A stretch of 64,000 nucleotides of DNA from Hydrurus foetidus (Eukaryota), in contig UYFQ01000005.1 in the NCBI GenBank assembly GCA_900617105.1, positions 248,001 to 312,000 on the forward strand, given 5' to 3'. Below, one piece after another: positions 60,289 through 64,000 of this stretch. The position numbers and the translations under genes were made by a program. The notes below the pieces were generated by a model. It saw nothing but the letters and a program-made list of their open reading frames with translations, was not told the DNA's origin and made no database searches. How positions within the stretch are numbered: the stretch's first letter is position 1; every line of letters begins with the position of its first letter.

Positions 60289-61107
60289 ATGCGCAAGTTC
60301 CCAAGCACTCCCTTCGCCATGCTGAATTGCATTTGGCAGCAGCGGCACTTGATTGCCGTACTGACCCATCGCGAAGTTGTTGGCCGCTACAAAGGTTCAA
60401 CCATGGGTTTATTTTGGTCTCTTTTCAATCCCATGTTGATGCTGACCGTCTATACTTTTGTGTTTAGCGTTGTATTTAAAGCGCGATGGAGTTCAGAAAG
60501 CACATCAAAAACTGAATTTGCATTAATTCTTTTTGCAGGTTTAATTGTTTTTAATTTATTTTCCGATTGCATTAATCGAGCACCAAATACGATCACATCA
60601 AATGTGAATTACGTCAAAAAAGTTGTTTTTCCTATTGAAATCCTGCCTGTGATTACCCTTGGTGCAGCGTTGTTTCATGGGCTAGTTAGTTTGATTGTTT
60701 GGTTTGTGTTTTACATTATTTTCTTCGGCATCCCTCACTTGACTTGCTTGTTACTTCCTTTTATTTTATTGCCCTTGCTGCTACTTACACTGGGTGCAAG
60801 CTGGATGCTGGCATCATTAGGGGTTTACTTGCGAGACATGACGCAAATTGTTGGCGTTTTATCTCTGATGCTGATGTTTTTATCACCTATTTTCTTCCCG
60901 GTCTCTGCATTACCCATTGCTTATCAAAAATTTATTCTTCTGAATCCTCTCACACCGGTGATAGAACAAGTTCGTGATGTACTGATATGGGGTCAATTAC
61001 CTGACATATTAAATTATGTCATCCATTTTGTAATTTCAGCCATTTTTGCTTGCCTTGGATTTACATGGTTTCAAAAAACCAGATCAGGATTTGCAGATGT
61101 CCTTTGA
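60289..61107 (+). CDS. wzm: O-antigen ABC transporter permease
   Basis: REVVGRYKGS, LFWSLFNP, FLSPIFFP, LNPLT, GFADVL. Confidence 0.9.
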   Translation: MRKFPSTPFAMLNCIWQQRHLIAVLTHREVVGRYKGSTMGLFWSLFNPMLMLTVYTFVFSVVFKARWSSESTSKTEFALILFAGLIVFNLFSDCINRAPNTITSNVNYVKKVVFPIEILPVITLGAALFHGLVSLIVWFVFYIIFFGIPHLTCLLLPFILLPLLLLTLGASWMLASLGVYLRDMTQIVGVLSLMLMFLSPIFFPVSALPIAYQKFILLNPLTPVIEQVRDVLIWGQLPDILNYVIHFVISAIFACLGFTWFQKTRSGFADVL

Positions 61108-62506
61108 AATAGCCATCTCCGTTGAAAATCTTAGCAAATGCTACCCCATCTATAAGCGTCCAAGCGATCGTTTATTGCAAATGCTATGGAGAAATAAAAA
61201 GCAATATTTTAAAGAATTTTGGGCATTGCAAAATATTAATTTCAAAATTAAAAAAGGAGAAACTCTAGGGATTATTGGTCGAAATGGAAGTGGCAAATCG
61301 ACTTTACTTCAAATAATTTGCGGGACGCTTCAAATAACGTCAGGTTCTGTTCAAACCTTTGGGCGCATTGCGGCCATGTTGGAGCTGGGTTCAGGCTTCA
61401 ATCCTGAATTTACAGGCCGTGAAAATGTTTACCTCAATGCCGCAGTTTTGGGACTGACAACACAAGAAACAAACGATCGCTTCGAGGCGATTGCTGCATT
61501 TGCGGACATCGGCGAGTTCATTGAGCAACCCGTCAAAACCTATTCCAGTGGCATGTTTGTGCGGTTGGCGTTTGCTGTCATTGCCCATGTGGATGCGGAT
61601 CTTTTAATTATTGACGAAGCACTGGCCGTTGGTGACGCACTGTTTACCCAAAAATGCATGCGGTTTTTGCGCGAATTCAAAACTAAAGGCACCCTGCTTT
61701 TTGTTAGCCACGATGTAGGGGCTGTCACTGCGCTATGCGACAGCGTGCTGTGGCTGCACAAAGGTCAGCAGCGCGGTTACGGCTCGGCAATGGACATTTC
61801 TCAGCGCTATTTAGAGTCTGTTTATGAGGAAGAAATCCACGTAAGTAGCCCACACCTCGCAGACAGCAGCAGCACCGCAAAACCGCAGAAAGCGACAACC
61901 CAGCCGACAAGCACAAAGCGCCCAGTAGATGGGGTCACCCTTTCAGCGCGTGCTTTACGTCGGGATCCACGAACCGATTTTTTAAATCGTTCCAACCTGC
62001 GCAATGACATCCAGGTTTTTGAATTCACACCTGAAGCTGCATCTTCTTTTGGACTGGGTGCAGCAGAAATCATCAATGTTGAGCTGCTTGACGAAAGTGC
62101 GCACCCTTTGAGTTGTGTCTTTGGGGGCGAAGTGGCGACTCTGCGGATTACGACGCAGGCGCACGCGGAGTTAGACCGCCCTATTGTCGGATTCACCTTG
62201 AAAGACCGATTAGGTCAGGTTCTTTTTGGTGACAATACTTATTTGAGTTACCAAATGGCCCCGGTTTCTGTTGCCGCCGGAGGGTGTTTGGTGGCTGAGT
62301 TTCAGTTCATGATGCCTATACTGCCTTTGGGCGACTATGTTGTCACTGTGGCTATCGCCAACGGCACGCAAGAGCAACATGTTCAACACCATTGGATTCA
62401 CGATGCTCTCGTGCTGAAGTCATTAGCAACGTCATTGAGTACGGGGTTGATTGGACTTCCCATGCACAAAATTAACTTACAAACAACGCCGTCCCAGACT
62501 GCATGA
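61097..62506 (+). CDS. wzt: O-antigen ABC transporter ATPase with C-terminal carbohydrate-binding module
   Basis: GRNGSGKST, YSSGMFVRLAF, IDEALAVGD, Wzt_C-like C-terminal domain. Confidence 0.9.
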   Translation: MSFEIAISVENLSKCYPIYKRPSDRLLQMLWRNKKQYFKEFWALQNINFKIKKGETLGIIGRNGSGKSTLLQIICGTLQITSGSVQTFGRIAAMLELGSGFNPEFTGRENVYLNAAVLGLTTQETNDRFEAIAAFADIGEFIEQPVKTYSSGMFVRLAFAVIAHVDADLLIIDEALAVGDALFTQKCMRFLREFKTKGTLLFVSHDVGAVTALCDSVLWLHKGQQRGYGSAMDISQRYLESVYEEEIHVSSPHLADSSSTAKPQKATTQPTSTKRPVDGVTLSARALRRDPRTDFLNRSNLRNDIQVFEFTPEAASSFGLGAAEIINVELLDESAHPLSCVFGGEVATLRITTQAHAELDRPIVGFTLKDRLGQVLFGDNTYLSYQMAPVSVAAGGCLVAEFQFMMPILPLGDYVVTVAIANGTQEQHVQHHWIHDALVLKSLATSLSTGLIGLPMHKINLQTTPSQTA

Positions 62507-62533
62507 GTTGCCTTGGATCACAACAATAACCCG

Positions 62534-64000
62534 ATGGACATCCCTAATCATTTACTAGAAGCGGCTGCCTTTGTGCCGCTGCGCTTGCAGTTTCCCAATT
62601 CGTGGTGTGGACACATTCCTTTTGCTGCATGGTTGATGGCGCACCGCAAACCTGCTGTGTTTGTGGAGCTAGGCACCCACTCTGGCAACTCTTACCTGAG
62701 CTTTTGCCAAGCAACGCAAACCCACGGTTCGAATTCTCGTTGCTTTGCAGTCGATACGTGGCAAGGGGATGCACATGCAGGCGGCTACGACAACAGCGTT
62801 TTTGAAGCCTTACAGGCTTACCACGCGCCCCGCTACGGTCATTTTTCAACCTTGCTGCGGATGACTTTTGACGATGCGCTCAGTCAGTTTGCAGACGGTT
62901 CAGTTGATGTCTTGCACATTGACGGTCTGCATACCTACGATGCTGTACGGCATGATTTTGAAACCTGGCTGCCTAAAATGCGCGCCGGTGGATTGGTACT
63001 GTTTCATGATACCCATGTGCATGAACGTGAGTTCGGTGTGTGGCGATTGTGGAGCGAGCTATGCCTTCAATATCCTTGCCATTTGGATTTTTCGCACTCC
63101 AGTGGATTGGGCGTGTTGTGCTTGAGAAAGTCGGCATCGGCTACCGACCTGCCTGACTGGCTTGTGCCGTTAAGCACGGCGCAGGCAGAAGTTCGAAACT
63201 ACTTCACAGCACTCGGCCTGTCCATGCTGGAGCGATACCAAGCCCAAGAGGCCAGCGCACATGTCAAACACCTCAGCACTGAAGTTGTGGCCCATAAAAA
63301 CTGGGAAGCACACCAGGGCTTGACCCTTGCGGCCAAAGATGCTGCCCTCAGCGAACTCCGAGACGCAGCGCATCAAAGAGATGCACAAATTGTTCCGCTG
63401 GCTTTGGCCAATGAGCGCATGAAAGTGAACTCAGAGCGTCTTGTTGCTGAACTTGATGCCCTCAACCTTCAGGCAGTAGCGGATAAAAAAACGCAACAGG
63501 AACTGCATGAGATTCAAGCCACGTTGACTGCGGCTTTGGCGGCCACCCTGGCATCCACCAGCTGGCGGGTGACGGCACCTATGCGGTGGCTCAGCCATCA
63601 AATTAATCGAATTCTGAGCTTAAGGCACGCAGAATCACGCAGACGTTTGGTGCGTCAACTGTACCAAAGCACCAAGGTATTGCCTTACGCACGGCATCAG
63701 TGGAAAAGAACAGCTGAAGGTGTACAAAGCAGACTGCTGATGCTGCATAACAGCAGCGATAACATCGCTGGATTACAAGCACTTTCAGCCCAGCGCCTGA
63801 CTTCATTCAATCCCTCAGTACCGCTTGACGTACCACAACTGCGTGATGTTGATTGGCCCGAGATTGACATATCCGTCGTCACCTACAACAGTACGCAATG
63901 GATTCATTCTTTTGTTCAATCCTTAGTGGATCAAAAATATCCTCTGAACAAAATCCACTTATGCTTCGTGGACCACAGCGCGGAAGACAGCACAGCGCAG
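62534..64000 (+). CDS. Methyltransferase - coiled coil - GT2 glycosyltransferase fusion (chain-terminator type), 3'-truncated by window edge
   Basis: Hand-translated open frame of 489 codons, absent from the ORF track: WCGHIPFA, VELGTHSG, AVDTWQGD, HIDGLHTY, LFHD; then a helical spacer, STSWRVTAPMR, and IDISVVTYNS. Confidence 0.85.
   Translation, partial: MDIPNHLLEAAAFVPLRLQFPNSWCGHIPFAAWLMAHRKPAVFVELGTHSGNSYLSFCQATQTHGSNSRCFAVDTWQGDAHAGGYDNSVFEALQAYHAPRYGHFSTLLRMTFDDALSQFADGSVDVLHIDGLHTYDAVRHDFETWLPKMRAGGLVLFHDTHVHEREFGVWRLWSELCLQYPCHLDFSHSSGLGVLCLRKSASATDLPDWLVPLSTAQAEVRNYFTALGLSMLERYQAQEASAHVKHLSTEVVAHKNWEAHQGLTLAAKDAALSELRDAAHQRDAQIVPLALANERMKVNSERLVAELDALNLQAVADKKTQQELHEIQATLTAALAATLASTSWRVTAPMRWLSHQINRILSLRHAESRRRLVRQLYQSTKVLPYARHQWKRTAEGVQSRLLMLHNSSDNIAGLQALSAQRLTSFNPSVPLDVPQLRDVDWPEIDISVVTYNSTQWIHSFVQSLVDQKYPLNKIHLCFVDHSAEDSTAQ

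Overview
GC-rich betaproteobacterial chromosome segment; gene content and codon style suggest Comamonadaceae (Rhodoferax-like, inferred). Left to right: LysR regulator and glcD; a repeat/TPR protein; a double-length UvrA; an Xre-RES toxin-antitoxin (TA) pair; an internally deleted IS3 remnant; an IorAB-type molybdoenzyme; an MFS transporter; a heme-c sensor diguanylate cyclase/phosphodiesterase; a large LiuR-controlled leucine/isovalerate catabolic cluster (ivd, can, aceK, thiolase, acyl-CoA dehydrogenase, mccB, mccA, ghrA, hmgL) with three LiuR palindromes; the glyQ-glyS-gmhB-plsC operon interrupted by two TA-like cassettes; ruvB and ruvA split by an alpha-carbonic anhydrase; phoH-ybeY; and the start of a low-GC O-antigen locus (acyltransferase, wzm, wzt, methyltransferase-glycosyltransferase). 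Six TA or TA-like modules sit among the housekeeping genes. The most striking unexplained signal is a dispersed ~50-bp bipartite element: a 17-bp palindromic core GCTWY-N7-RWAGC plus a near-fixed-spaced YGC-N10-AGCGCT-N3-GCC flank. I found it by eye more than 20 times. It occurs intergenically and is also overprinted in frame onto conserved catalytic motifs of core enzymes using A/T-ending codons. All calls come from reading the sequence; no database searches were run.
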